From the human T2T-CHM13v2.0 reference genome, Homo sapiens: a DNA stretch of 64,000 nucleotides. Positions 1-12,052 of this stretch are shown here, in pieces (positions within the stretch are counted from its first letter, which is position 1; each line of letters starts with the position of its first letter). The stretch is taken from the NCBI RefSeq assembly GCF_009914755.1, contig NC_060942.1; one strand, given 5' to 3'. The translations under genes were made by a program, and so were the position numbers. A model generated the notes under the pieces. The model ran no database searches and was not told the origin of the DNA. It saw only the letters and a program-made list of their open reading frames with translations.

Positions 1-44
1 ACTCCAAACTTTCCTTAGGTAGGATCCTTTCCCTAGACTAACAC

Positions 45-710
45 CTAGAGTGCATTTTTGCCATGAGTGCCTGGGTCCATTGCGCCTGTATCATCAAGAT
101 GTTTGAGATGATCCAACAAAAGCCATCATTGTTGTTGAACTGCAACAACTAGGACACCTTGCAAAAAATTCTGACTGTAATGATGACAGAATTCCAAGTT
201 TGGGGAAAAATAAAACATGATACAGGAATAAAAAGAATCAGACTTAAGTGATTTCAACCACCTGAGGAAGTAAAAAATTTCCCTTAGCAGTATTTAATCT
301 GGATATTAGATATTTTGTTCTAACTTCTGCAGACATCAATTTTTTCAAGAAATTTGTCATTTGAGAGAAGGGAGGAGAGACCACTGTCAAGACTGATTAG
401 ATCCATGAGGAGCTTGTTGGTGCAAGCACAGACCCTGGGGATGAAGCTCTGTCCTGAGACTAATGCCAACTTTGGAAATTTGAGTTCAGGCTATTTGATA
501 AAAAATAAAGTACTTGAAGTATCTGATACTTCAAGCATTTCTGTTTTTATTAAGTTCTGGGCTGAAGGAGCCCATGTGCCTTTTCCATGTACCACCAAGA
601 AGTTACTGTGTTCGTAACTAAAAGAAAAGGACGGTTTATCATGTTTAGAGCATGCCACTGAAACAGTAGCAGAATAAACAGCTCTGGAGGAAGAAAATTG
701 ATGGCATCTA
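45..710 (+). mobile_element. Possible highly decayed hAT/Charlie-type DNA transposon transposase remnant
   Basis: Collinear degenerate motifs in shifting frames: VHFCHECL (~50; cf. HCxxHREAL), PEEVKNF (261; cf. LREEIxxFL), SADI (~327; cf. LADIF), FWAE..PFPCT (556-595) and TKRKGRF (~617; cf. the hATC dimerisation end). Weak, by-eye similarity only. Confidence 0.3.
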
Positions 711-1084
711 GGAGAGAATTTAAAGGGCCAATATCTATCTACTTTGTTGATAGGGCATTCTGCCAAATTGTGGAGTGGAAAGGATGTATACGTGATGGTA
801 CCTTCATTCCAGAGAAGATAAACTATATGCAAACAAGTGCACTGTAAGTCAATGTGAAACATTTGCAACCTGGGCTGGGGTTGTTTGGTCAAGCAGGCTA
901 CAGAAAAGGATGCAACTGAGCCAGACTTTTAAATGTGCCATTGTCACAGGTCTTTATGGACAGAAACCACATAGGTAGAATAATGCTGATTCTCCTAGGC
1001 ACTGGGTTCACCATGGAGCATCAGTCTAATTATTTAATAATTAGTAGAGGCACTGTACTAAACGATGTAGAGTAATTATTTAAT

Positions 1085-1230
1085 TTTACCAATTTCCCTA
1101 TAGCATTATTACTGCTTTTTTACAGATAAGGAAACTGAAGTATAAGAAGGTTAATATCTTGCTTAGGGTCCCATAGGTGAAGGAGTCAAGGCCTAAACCT
1201 TAGTCTATGTGATGCCAAAACCAATGAATC
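1085..1230 (-). mobile_element. MIR SINE fragment
   Basis: Antisense MIR core TTTTACAGATAAGGAAACTGAAG...AGGTTAA..CTTGCTTAGGGTC. Confidence 0.75.
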
Positions 1231-1239
1231 CAAATTTCA

Positions 1240-1495
1240 TTAATAATAAAAGCTACATCTAACTGAATATTTATAATGAGCCAGGTGATTGAGCACTGTG
1301 TAAGTACAGCTTATTAAATAGTTACAACGACACTGTCAGGAGAGCACAGCTATTTCCATTTTACATATAAAGAAACAGTAGCAAAGAGAGATCAAGCAAC
1401 TTGCCCAAGGTCACACAGCTAGCAAGTAGCAGGGCTGAGATTACCACCATGGTAGTGGATTCCACAGCCAGGCCCCTAAGCCCTCCACTCTAATG
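1240..1495 (-). mobile_element. MIR SINE, near full length
   Basis: CCATTTTACATATAAAGAAAC...AAGCAACTTGCCCAAGGTCACACAGCTAGCAAGTAGCAGGGCTGAGATT matches antisense MIR. Confidence 0.85.
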
Positions 1496-2529
1496 CCTCT
1501 CAAATGTCATATTCTGCAAAATGTTCTCCACACATCTACTGTCCATTCTACCCCGTGCTGTAGTTTTAAGGTGAAAACATAATGTGGACATTTAAACCCT
1601 GATTGTTTTTCACTTATCTGACTAGCTATTTTCACTTATGGCCAGAACCATACAGAGAATGGTCAGAGAGCTGAAAAAGGTCCCATGCATTCAAAAACTT
1701 CTTTACAGAACCCAGTCAAGGTGGCAAAATTCTAGTCTTTGAATTCAGATCTTTCTAAAGGAGAGAATGAAAGAAATGAGTTGATGGTGAGAAGACAGAC
1801 CTCTATCAGGGATAAAACCCGGAGTTGTAGTTAGCTTGAATGATTGTCCTTGAAGAAATGGGCCAGAGGACAGATTAGTTAGGATGGGTAAGGGGAAAGG
1901 AGGCACCTGAAGGGGCAAACATGAAGATGGCCACATAGGCTCTCTGCAGGCAGCCACCCGGGCTCCCAGGAGGAAAAGGGAATCTGCTCAAAGAGGAGAG
2001 AGAATTCCAGATGGGGGATAGATGAAGACCAACAAAAATTCTCCTTGGCCTCTACATCATTTTCCCTGGCCTGAACTTGTTCTCAGGAATCACAGCCCAG
2101 TAGGGTGCAGCTGTTCCACAGGGCGATGGGAAAACATCAGCCTCCATGCTGCCACACCCCCATATCTGCAGTGGGTACAGAGACGTAGAGAGAAACTAGC
2201 ATTGTGCAAAACATGAGGGCTATAAAAGTCAATGACGTTGGCCAGGATCAACCACTTCCACTTCAGTGTGAAGACAAATCCCTGCCCTCCCTCTGCGTAG
2301 GGCTTATCTGTTGCAACCACCTCTCCTCCTCATGCCCTGGCCTGGTCAGGAGATCTGGTTTGAAGACTTCACTTTGTAAACAATAAGTTGAGAGGTTACA
2401 ACAAGGCACTGCACGTCCTGGGTCATCATATCTTCAGGCATGTGCTGTTGTTGCAGCTTCCATTTGTTCAACATGTAAATTAAGTGTGCTGCATACACAA
2501 AGTGCTTTCCCTACTCTGGCTCAGATAAC

Positions 2530-2685
2530 ATCTTAAATTACACTGTGAGGTCAATGTTTTTAACTCCATTCCACAGGTGAAGAAGTCGACATTTAGGCAC
2601 TGTAAAAGTTTGTAGGGGTGCCAAGCCAAGATTTGAACTCAGTTCTGTTTAATTCCCAGAGTGATGTTTTTAACCACTGCTTTCA
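2530..2685 (-). mobile_element. MIR SINE fragment
   Basis: CCATTCCACAGGTGAAGAAG...GCCAAGATTTGAACTCAG...TTTAACCACTG. Confidence 0.65.
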
Positions 2686-4149
2686 TCCTGTTTTCTATTA
2701 TGCCTCATCTTTAGTAGCAGAATAAAAAAGCAAAATAAAGAAACAAACATTGTTCCTTTTCAAAGGTATGTTTCAGGCATCAGTATGCTGGGGACTGGAG
2801 GCTTTGATGCAGATGGGGTTAAAGATATGTCCCTGGCGTTCTATCTAGCTAGCCAACTAGATCACTTTTCAGACCATGGTTCCATGCCTGAAGTTTTCAT
2901 TATGTCTCTGATTTTATTTGCTGCTATTTCAAGTGTGGCTGCTTGCTAGCCTACAGATGTGAGTGCAGAGGTGGTGGGGTGGAAATGGGGAGGAATGTAA
3001 TTTAATTTAAATTGCATTTTTGAGCAACACAGACACTTGGATATCATTCTTTATGTACTAAAATATGCCACTCAGCATATTCTTCTGGGCATAGTTAAAC
3101 CTAAAATCCCCCACATCCCAAGGCTGCACTTGCAGTAAATAGCATTAGAATTTGGATGGAGGATGCAAATCTGAGATTTGTAAGTCCTGGGTGCTTTACT
3201 GGAAAGCAACAGAGGCCACAGATCAACCTAGTATGGATGGCCTGTCCTCCATCCTGGTGATGCTTGTGAGATAGGGAAATCGATAAACAGGTCAGTGCAT
3301 CCTCTGACCATGCAAGTTTCCCTGCCAACCCATTGCAGCAGATCCTGTCACAAGGAAATGGAGGAAAGTCTATACAAAAAGATATAAAGTGGTGCTAGCT
3401 TTAATTCTAAAAATGAGTTCAAAAAGCATGAATTAATATTGTCCATCATGTAATTATACAAGAGACTGGTTGCAAGTCCATTTTGTGGACAAGATCCTGT
3501 AAGCTAGGATCATAAAGGGCTGCTTTTCAGCTCAATCCCTTTCTTCTGTGGACACAGACTCTGGTGTGGTCACAGGTCTTCACTTAAAATCAGCATATAA
3601 AATAGATATGCTAGATCTCTCTACCTTTTCACCTAATCAAGTCAAATTAACCCTTTAGTTTTAGCTGAAGAGTCTTCTCAGGTGACCCATGCTTCTCTGA
3701 CCATTTTATCCATGTCGTTTATTCCAAAGAGCAGTTCTTTTAAGCTGAGGTTCAATGCAGTCACATCAGCGACTAAGGTTGTTTTTCTAAAAAAAAACAC
3801 CAAGCACAGAGGCTATGGAGGCTGCAGTGCCTCCAGATGTTGAAGCTCATGCTTCCATGAACCTGTGCAGATTTTCTGCATGCCACTGACCTGTGATTTG
3901 TGTTATTTTATGCTAGTATGGAAAAGTTAATCTACAGACTATCCAGCATCAGATTTCTCAGTGTTACCAGTTTAGGAAGCTGCTACTTGCCTCATTAAGA
4001 CTAAGACTTTGTAAAGTCTCTCAACTTTGCCAGAATCTGGGACCTTTTGCTTGTCCTCATTATGCAACATTTCTTACCAACAACTGTTTAGTATTTTACA
4101 CTCTTAAAATTCCCAAACACAGTATCTGATTTTAATCACACAATTATTT

Positions 4150-4290
4150 TCCCGTGAAAGTTATTACTTTTCTTCCCCACTTTAGACGTGAGAAAACAGA
4201 TTCAGAGATTCAGAAAGTGGCCCAGACAGAGGATATGGAAGAGCTGGGACTTAAACCAAGGCTTCAGCAGTTGGCTCTGTGTCTGTCCTT
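4150..4290 (-). mobile_element. MIR SINE fragment
   Basis: CCCCACTTTAGACGTGAGAAAACAGATTCAGAGA...GAGCTGGGACTTAAACCAAGG. Confidence 0.65.
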
Positions 4291-5189
4291 CCTTACACCT
4301 GCAGCTGCCCCTGACATAGGCATGACTTCCCAGAACTTTCTTCATTCCCATCACTTCTCACCTTGCCACCACTTCCAGAATTCGTCCTTTAAGCCATTGG
4401 AGTCCTATAAGCTGGTCCTCTGTGGCTCTGTTTAAAGATCCTGATCAACGACTTTTATTTGTTTTCTACTCCTCAATGGAGAAGTCTTTTTAACTAATTT
4501 TCAGAACTGATCAACAATACGCTTATTCACACCACAGTGGAACTGATAATATCTAGAGTATGTGACCTTCCAAAATATTTGGATTTTGAGATAAAATTAA
4601 TAGGAAAGTCCAAGAAATTAATTTCTAATAATGGAATTTGAGACACTATGATAATGGAATTGGGATAGTTTGTCTCTGTGCATTTCGTGCCTTTACAAGA
4701 ATTTTTTATTCACCAAACCTCTCCGTCAGATCTGCCTTTGCTTTAGGGTCACTTTAGCTAAAATTGGGGTTGGGAAACCAACTGTAGCATGATTTGGTAG
4801 AAGGTGGAAAAATGAACAATTTTTTAAGAGCATCTTTGACCCATAAAGTTTCCTTGCACTGCCTGTTACAAAGCCTAACATTTAATAATTAGTAATTTTT
4901 CTCTTTTAGGTTACTCATTTCTTTCCCCATGTTTCTTAAAGTGAAAAAGGTTCTTAGAGCAAGGCTTCATTAAGCTATTTTCAATATCTAGTCTTGATGG
5001 TGGATGAAATAATCATGGTTTTCTCAATCAGAAGAAAAGCCATAGCTCATACCTGACAGAAAATCAGCATTCAGTGAACAGAAGTATTGTCATTTTACTA
5101 AATGAGGACCAAGTAAAGCACCTGCAGTTTGGGCCACTATCACTGCAGAGGTATCTGTGTGTGTCTCCTTAATGATTTGTGCTTTATTT

Positions 5190-5350
5190 TTGACTGTGTG
5201 ATCAACAACAAAAATATTCAATAACTCTGAAACTCAATTTCCCTTATTTAAAAGTGGTATTAATAGTCTATCTCAGTGATGATTTTGAAGGTTAAATAAA
5301 ATAAAAATTAATGGATGTAATGAGATGTACATTGATCGAAATTATAAGGT
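5190..5350 (+). mobile_element. MIR SINE fragment
   Basis: CTGTGTGA...AACTCTGAAACTCAATTTCCCTTATTTAAAAGTGGTATTAATAG..GAAGGTTAAATAA resembles the sense MIR core. Confidence 0.6.
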
Positions 5351-5951
5351 ATTCATTAAAAATAAAGGCATTCTCTGTGGGTCCAGCTGTTTTGTATACC
5401 CAGGTGCCAGGAATATTACAAATCCAACTGCTAGGCTACGGCTGCTCCCTGGGCCCTTAATTAGTAGAGCTAAGAGGCTTCTAGCTGTGGCTCAGGCCAG
5501 GAGCTCACAGCATGAGCATCTTGCCTTCCCACCTGGCCTGGAAGGAGACACTCACCAAACTATCCCCTAGGTTCTGTCAGGAACTGCTACCCTTATAACC
5601 TTATAGTGTTCTAGCCCTTTGATAACCAAGGTTGAAAAAACACAGCTCTTTGGAAATCACTGTAGAACAGTCTCTGAAAATTCTATAGGTTGAAGTGGTT
5701 GAGACCTTGGAGTTTTACAGAATTTGTACATCATGCACCACATCTTGGATGGTTCATCTCAGCGTGGTTCTGTCATCAGGCTAGTTGTTCCAAGAAAATA
5801 TGCTTCATGAGCTGTGTTGTCCATAGATCGGATGAATGAATAGCTATGATCCCCAAAGCCATCTGTGTGAGACTGCTGAATAGACCAGTGCCTAGATCTC
5901 AATTAACCCTGCCTGGAATTTCTGGATAAGCCTTCCACAAACATGCAAACC

Positions 5952-5964
5952 CCACCAGGGGGAG
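5952..5964 (+). promoter_or_regulatory. Candidate CTCF core motif
   Basis: CCACCAGGGGGAG versus consensus CCASYAGRKGGCR (one mismatch). Confidence 0.35.
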
Positions 5965-8900
5965 GGAGCCTTCAGAACCTCTCCCTTCCCCTATGACACT
6001 TTGTAGCAGGGTACAGGCCCTTACATGCTAAAGCTTCAGCGTGTTCAGTGCTGTCACTATTAGAGACCTACCTGTTTCTGGCTATTTCTACTGTTCCCAA
6101 CTTAATGAACTAAATCTGTGGGACATCCATGAAATTAGATCATAAAACACCAAGAATCCCATCTCTCTCTGTGGTGGCAAAGAGTGATAAACAGCCTCCC
6201 AGGCATCCTCAGGCATTATAAATAGCCAGCGATACAATCATTTAGCACTTCTTTGACTGGTGATCTGATCTGGGCTTGGCATCTCCAGGTTATCCCATGA
6301 CCTGACTTCCCAAAATCTCCTGAGCCAGAATATTTTAAACTATTTACTTGCTACTACATTAGCATCTTTTCAGCAATTATGGAAAACACATGTTTAAGAG
6401 GACTGGGGTGAAGTTTCTGACTGACATGTTTTCCAACAATGGGGTCCACATCATGTTGAATGTGATGTCAGTTGTCCTATAGTGGGAAACCCCTTATGTA
6501 TCAAATTATTCTATAATTTGGGGGTTGATTCCTAGTTACTCTGGGCATTATCAAATCATGATTTCACTCTTACTTTCCTAATAACATGTCTTATGAACCG
6601 TACAACACGACAACAACCACAATAAATAAAAATTGGAGTGCATTTGTTTGCACCTCAGAGACCTATGTAGTGTTCCCTAAACCATATTCTTAGGTATAAT
6701 CTTAGCCCTGTGTGTCAAAACTGAGGCCTCAGTTACTATTCTGGGAGATATGTCTGAAAAAAGACCAACTGCAGAGACTTTTCAAAATTGGTCCCAATGA
6801 AAGCCTACTATTTCATTCCTCATTTAGACTGTTTTTAAGGCTTACAAGTATACAAGCAAGAGTGAGAGTATCTGGCAGTAATGTGTCCAAACCTACATCC
6901 CTCTTGAGAATTGCTTAGATGCTTTGGCAAATGTGGGGAACCCTGGCCTCTCTACTCCATGCATAGATCCCACAGGGCAGCGTTCAGGATGTTCTTGCCT
7001 CTAATGATGCCTTCCCCATTGGCAAGATCAGAGGTGTCCGAGACAAGTGCTTGAGGCTACATTCTTTGTGCTCAAGCCCTCTTTTGTTTATCAGAGTTCC
7101 AAACTCTCTTGCTCTCATATGACATCCCCAATCTCCATTCATGTTTTTCATACCTTGATTCTGCCTCTTTCTGTCACCTTTTGAATTGACATTCCTTCTA
7201 GACTCCTTGGTAGGCTTTAGCAGTCATTGTCACCCCTGCCTGCCATCGCATGGATTGTTCTCAGTACCACACTCTCTGGACAGAGGCCCAAAATCCAGCC
7301 ATCCTACCAGAATCTCAACCTGGACCAGCTCCCAAGCCGTGGTGTTAGTATAATTTAAGGTAACTGCATAACTCCATCTCAAAATAGCAAGCTCTTCTGA
7401 CCAACCATTTTCTTACGTTTCTGCTTTTATATGCCCATGGCTTTGACTGAAGGTTCTGGTTGCTTTTAAAATACACACGTCTCTGGAGAAAGGTGAATTA
7501 CGTACATTATCAAACATGTACACCTGTATATAAATATGAGTTTTACATAATCTTAAATGTATGATAGGAACATAGGGGTAGGGTAAAATAACAATGATTC
7601 TAAACTCCAGGCAACAGTTGAGGTAGAAAAAAGCTCCTCTGAAAAGGCAATGAAGCCTTAGTTCCTGAAGATGAAACTCGACACTTCCCAATGTTGAGGA
7701 GAGCTAGCCCTTAGGTAGCTCTTTTCTCCATGAACTACAACTGCCTGTCACAAAATATTTTGATAGGCACTCACCCCTGTTTGGATCTTGGCTATAAATA
7801 TTTGCCCAGACCCTAAAACTGATGTCCTAACTTTACAATGCACATATTGCATAAATATATGTTGATAAATAAACTTGCTAGCTGGTGTATGCATTGCATG
7901 TAAAGTTTCTTTTTTTAAGCAAAGATTTGAGTTTTATAGACTGTAAAATATGGATATTGCTCTATTTATCTTGATGTACCTCTATGAAAGGTGACTGCTG
8001 TGATTGGAAAGTCATACCATATAACTAAAATAAGGTACTTTATTTAGAATTTTTAGGATATCCCCTGCCCAATATGTATAACCATAACTATCTTGAAAAA
8101 TTAGTTGTTTATTGCATAAATATTTTCAAGAGCTCTGGCTGAAATCCTGAAGAGGTTTATAAACATTGTGAGAGAGGAGGAGCTGGTCGCTGCTTATAAA
8201 CACAGAGTTCAAGGTTTCTAGTTGGTTCATGCAGGGAAAGAAGGCTAGTGGTAAGAGACATGTGCCATTCTAGGTGGCATGAAGGAGCAATGCCATCAAA
8301 TAGCAATAACAATCTCTGTCTAGGATATAAGGGAAAAAAGTCTTTATTATAAAAGTACTTACACTGGGAAAACATTCTTAAAAGACCAGATTATAAATAG
8401 CGTAGGCTTCCTGAGCCAGGTCTGGCCTTTGTTGTATAACTCTAATTTCTTTTTGTTTTTAAACAACTCTTTAAAAAGATAAATATCCTTAGGTATTGGC
8501 CGTGGATTGCTTACCCCATCTCTAGAGCAAATGTTTCAAGGCATTTGAAAGCAGTGCAAAGCTTCTATTCAGGAGTGATCTTATGCTAAACTGCAGTTAT
8601 CAAGATCACTCTAAGTGGGGAGGCTGGGCAGTTGCTGGAGGTCCCACAACCCTGCCTATTCTTTCTTTCTGCAGTCCCAGGTAGCCCTGAGGCAACTGCA
8701 CTGAGCATGAGAACTCGTATGAACACAGCTTACTTATCTGAATATCTGTGCCTGGGAGAATGCAAAAACTTTCAGCGAAGTAACAAAAATGTGCAATTAT
8801 TAAAAAAAAAACAAAAAACACCTCAGACCTTATATCAACAAGGAGGCACCTAACAGGTTGACAGTTTCTGTCCACATATTTGGTCTATGGTGCCAACATG

Positions 8901-9179
8901 TTCAGTCTCCCAAGCAAAAACCGTCATTTTTATCTCCTGCATGCACCATGTCTTGGATAGAAATGTCTTTCCAACTTGCTTGCTCCCTTCCTGTCTCAGT
9001 TCTACCAGAGAGAGTGTGCTTTTATCTCCTTATACCAGGATACCTGTGCAAGTCCCTTAACTGGTTCCCCTGCAGGCTCATTTTAGCCTCTCCACATTCT
9101 GCCCCTGCCAGCCTACCCCAGATAGGCTAAGTTTTGTAATTACATTGCTTTGATTGGTCTCCCTCTTCTCTCAATGACT

Positions 9180-9660
9180 TGAATTCAGTTCAATTCATTT
9201 AGTCATTGATCAGATATTTATAATGCTCAGCATTCAATATGCTGGAAACTGCAGGATCCCAGATGTACATTAGAATCTCTGCTTTCTATTAGAAGAGATA
9301 GTGACAAAATACCTGTGACAGAAGGTGGGATGTGACAAGAGCCATTTGAATAGTGCAAACAAAGTTCAATAAAGTAGCTAGAGAACATTTCTGGCAAGAT
9401 TGAGAAAGACTTGACAAAGCATTAAAGGATTAGAAGAAAGTCACTACATGAGGATGATACTGGTCCGTCGCTGTGTTTGAGAGCAAGGCATGGGCAGGGG
9501 CATGGAAGGAGAAAAGCACAGAGATTATTCTGGAAATGATGGCCATATAGTTTTACCAGGTGGGTGACAGAATAAACTTGAATGTGCTTCATTTTAAGTT
9601 TGTGGAAGGCCTGAAAGGTTAGGCCAAGTTGTTTGAACTTTATCCAGTAGACTTTGTAGA
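9180..9660 (-). mobile_element. L2 LINE 3' fragment
   Basis: Begins with TTCAATTCATTTAGTCATT..ATATTTAT (antisense L2 tail), followed by purine-rich decayed L2 sequence. Confidence 0.55.
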
Positions 9661-11541
9661 AAAGCCAGTGTTTTGTGTTTTTTTGTTTGTTTGTTTTTTT
9701 GTTTTTTGTTTTTTTTGGCATTTGGATTCACACAGACATGATGTAATGAGAGAACTTTTCAATGACAGTTAGGGAATTCATAGATTAAAATTTCTGTTAA
9801 ACCTCTGCTTCATCTTTCTGAATTACCAATATAACAAAAGAAGATAAATAAAATTATCATTTAGCATTTATATTTCTAAATGTATATATATATGTATATA
9901 TATATATAGAGAGAGGCTGAAATGCTGATCTAATGGATAAATGCTATATGCAAAGTAAGGAAAAGGTTTTGGAAAATGGCAAGAAAGATTGGCTGTAGAA
10001 TTTCCATGAATAAATGAGATACAGTGGATTTGTGTTTGGTAAAATTGGGAAACAGGAAAATATGTGTCTTTAACTTTTTCAACCTAATATCACACATCAA
10101 AGCTCCCTGACACTCTCACATTATACCATAAAATCCTTCTGGAAAGAAGCGTATTTGCTTTGAATCCTGTTTTTATTTTCTAATACATAGCAGAGAGCCT
10201 AGATTATAACAACCACTCAGTAAAAGTTGTTTGAATGAATGATCTCTTGAACTCCATCAATGCTTATGCTCTAGAGAAAAATTTGTAACTAAACGCATGC
10301 TAAAGAATAAATGGTTATCCATTTGCCAATGGGAATTTTCCTATAAGTAATGGATATGGGATAGTCCATTGGCAAATAAGTACAAATTTAATGGTAGCAT
10401 ACGTAGGAGAGGGAGAGTATTTAGAAGAGTAACAGTGGTCCACGCAGGTAGGTTCCCAATTGACTTTCTCCCTCTTTTCTGCCTCTGGGACCCCTTGACT
10501 CACATCTGAAGGCTAAGCCTGTAGGGATTAGCTTTATCAAGTACTCCCCTTAACTGAGCTCATTCTGTTTTACCCTGGCATATGACAAGAACAGGGATTA
10601 TGGAAAGCCCCTGAATCAGACCTTGTAGATAATCCCAAATTCTCCTGGTTTCTGACATATCAACCTCCTGTGCATGTTACCTGGATCTGCATCCAGAGTA
10701 CTGATTGCCTTGCCTCCCTGTCTAAAATAAAATAAAGCCACAGCCACTTACCCTTTCATATGGAAGTCCTCCTACAGTTGAACACCTTCACTCTGCCATA
10801 TTAGACTGTATGTGTGTTAAATCTCCTTGTTTCAACAATTAGTAGAGTTGCTGTGTTCGTGGTTTTCAACTTGTCTTCTCCAATTACAAGACTACTACAT
10901 GCAGCTGAGACAGATGGATGTCACTGAAGGAGGTGGCCACATAGCTACTAAGAGGAGGCAGATGCTATAATGGTGCAATTTCAGGCATCTGAAGTGTTTA
11001 CACCCCAATATATATTTCTCCATTGATGTTAAATTGTCATGATTACATTCATTTGAGCATGGTATACAGTCTCCATCCTACATTCTGAAATAGAGCCATT
11101 TTGGAAAGAAGACTGCAAGAATGCAAAAACCGCAAAAAATGCAAATACCACTTGGCAATTTAATACAGCAGTATCAAACTGTATATGACAACAAAATTTT
11201 ACCATAACATTATAAACTAATCTATTGAAAAATCCCTGTTTATCTTGCATATTTTGCTACTAATATTAAGGGAGTATACCAACCAGAATACTTTCCAGTG
11301 ACAGATGTATAATTAAAACTAGCATAAACCAAAGATTTTATAAAGGATGTACTGCCTCATACAACTGAGAAGAACAGTCGGGTATGGTTTTAGGCCAAGC
11401 TGACCAAGAGATTCAAATAGCATCATCAAGTATCCCTGCCTCTTTCCAGAGTTTTTTAATAGCTTCTTTCCATGCAACAGACATGATGGTTTTCAGATCA
11501 TCAAGCTCTCAGCTGAGCAATAACATCTTCCCCCACAAATA

Positions 11542-12052
11542 CGTAAGTTTCCTATTGGTGCTGTACAAATTACAGTGAATATAGTGACTTGAAGCAGCAC
11601 ACATTCGTTATCTTATAATTCTGGTGGTCAGAAGTCTGAAAAGGGTCTTAGGGGCTGAAATCAAATGTCAGCAGGGCTGCCTTCATCTCCGCAGACTCTA
11701 GGGAAACATTTATTTCCTTGCCTTTTCCTGCTTGCAGAGGCTGCCTGCATTTGTTGACTTGTTGCCTCTTCCTCTATCTTCAAAGCAATTGCATCACTCT
11801 GACCATGCTTTTACTGTCATATCTCTTTCTCTAACTCTCTTGATTCTCTCATTCACTTATAAGGTCTCTTATGATTAGATAAGAGACCTTATAAGTGAAT
11901 ATAATCCAAGATAATCTCCCATTTCAAGATTTTCATCTGAATTACATCTGCAAAGTACCTTTTGCTTCTTAAGGTAACATATCCACAGGTTCTAGGGATT
12001 AGGATATAGACATATTTCAGGAGCAGGTGGGAGCACTATTCTGTTTACCATG
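11542..12052 (-). mobile_element. MLT1D MaLR solo LTR
   Basis: AGTTTCCTATTGGTGCTGTACAAATTAC...GGTCAGAAGTCTGAAAAGGGTCT..GGGCTGAAATCAA...GATAATCTCCCCATTTCAAGAT...AAGGTAACATATCCACAGGTTCTAGGGATTAGGA follows the antisense MLT1D consensus. Confidence 0.85.
11851..11900. repeat. Perfect inverted repeat, 22-bp arms, 6-nt loop
   Basis: ATTCACTTATAAGGTCTCTTAT-gattag-ATAAGAGACCTTATAAGTGAAT. Confidence 0.97.

Noticed and set aside
8640-8875. Possible exon after TTCTTTCTTTCTGCAG with overlapping ORFs
   Set aside because: An acceptor-like tract alone is common, there is no convincing coding signal, and it may be an old repeat I cannot name
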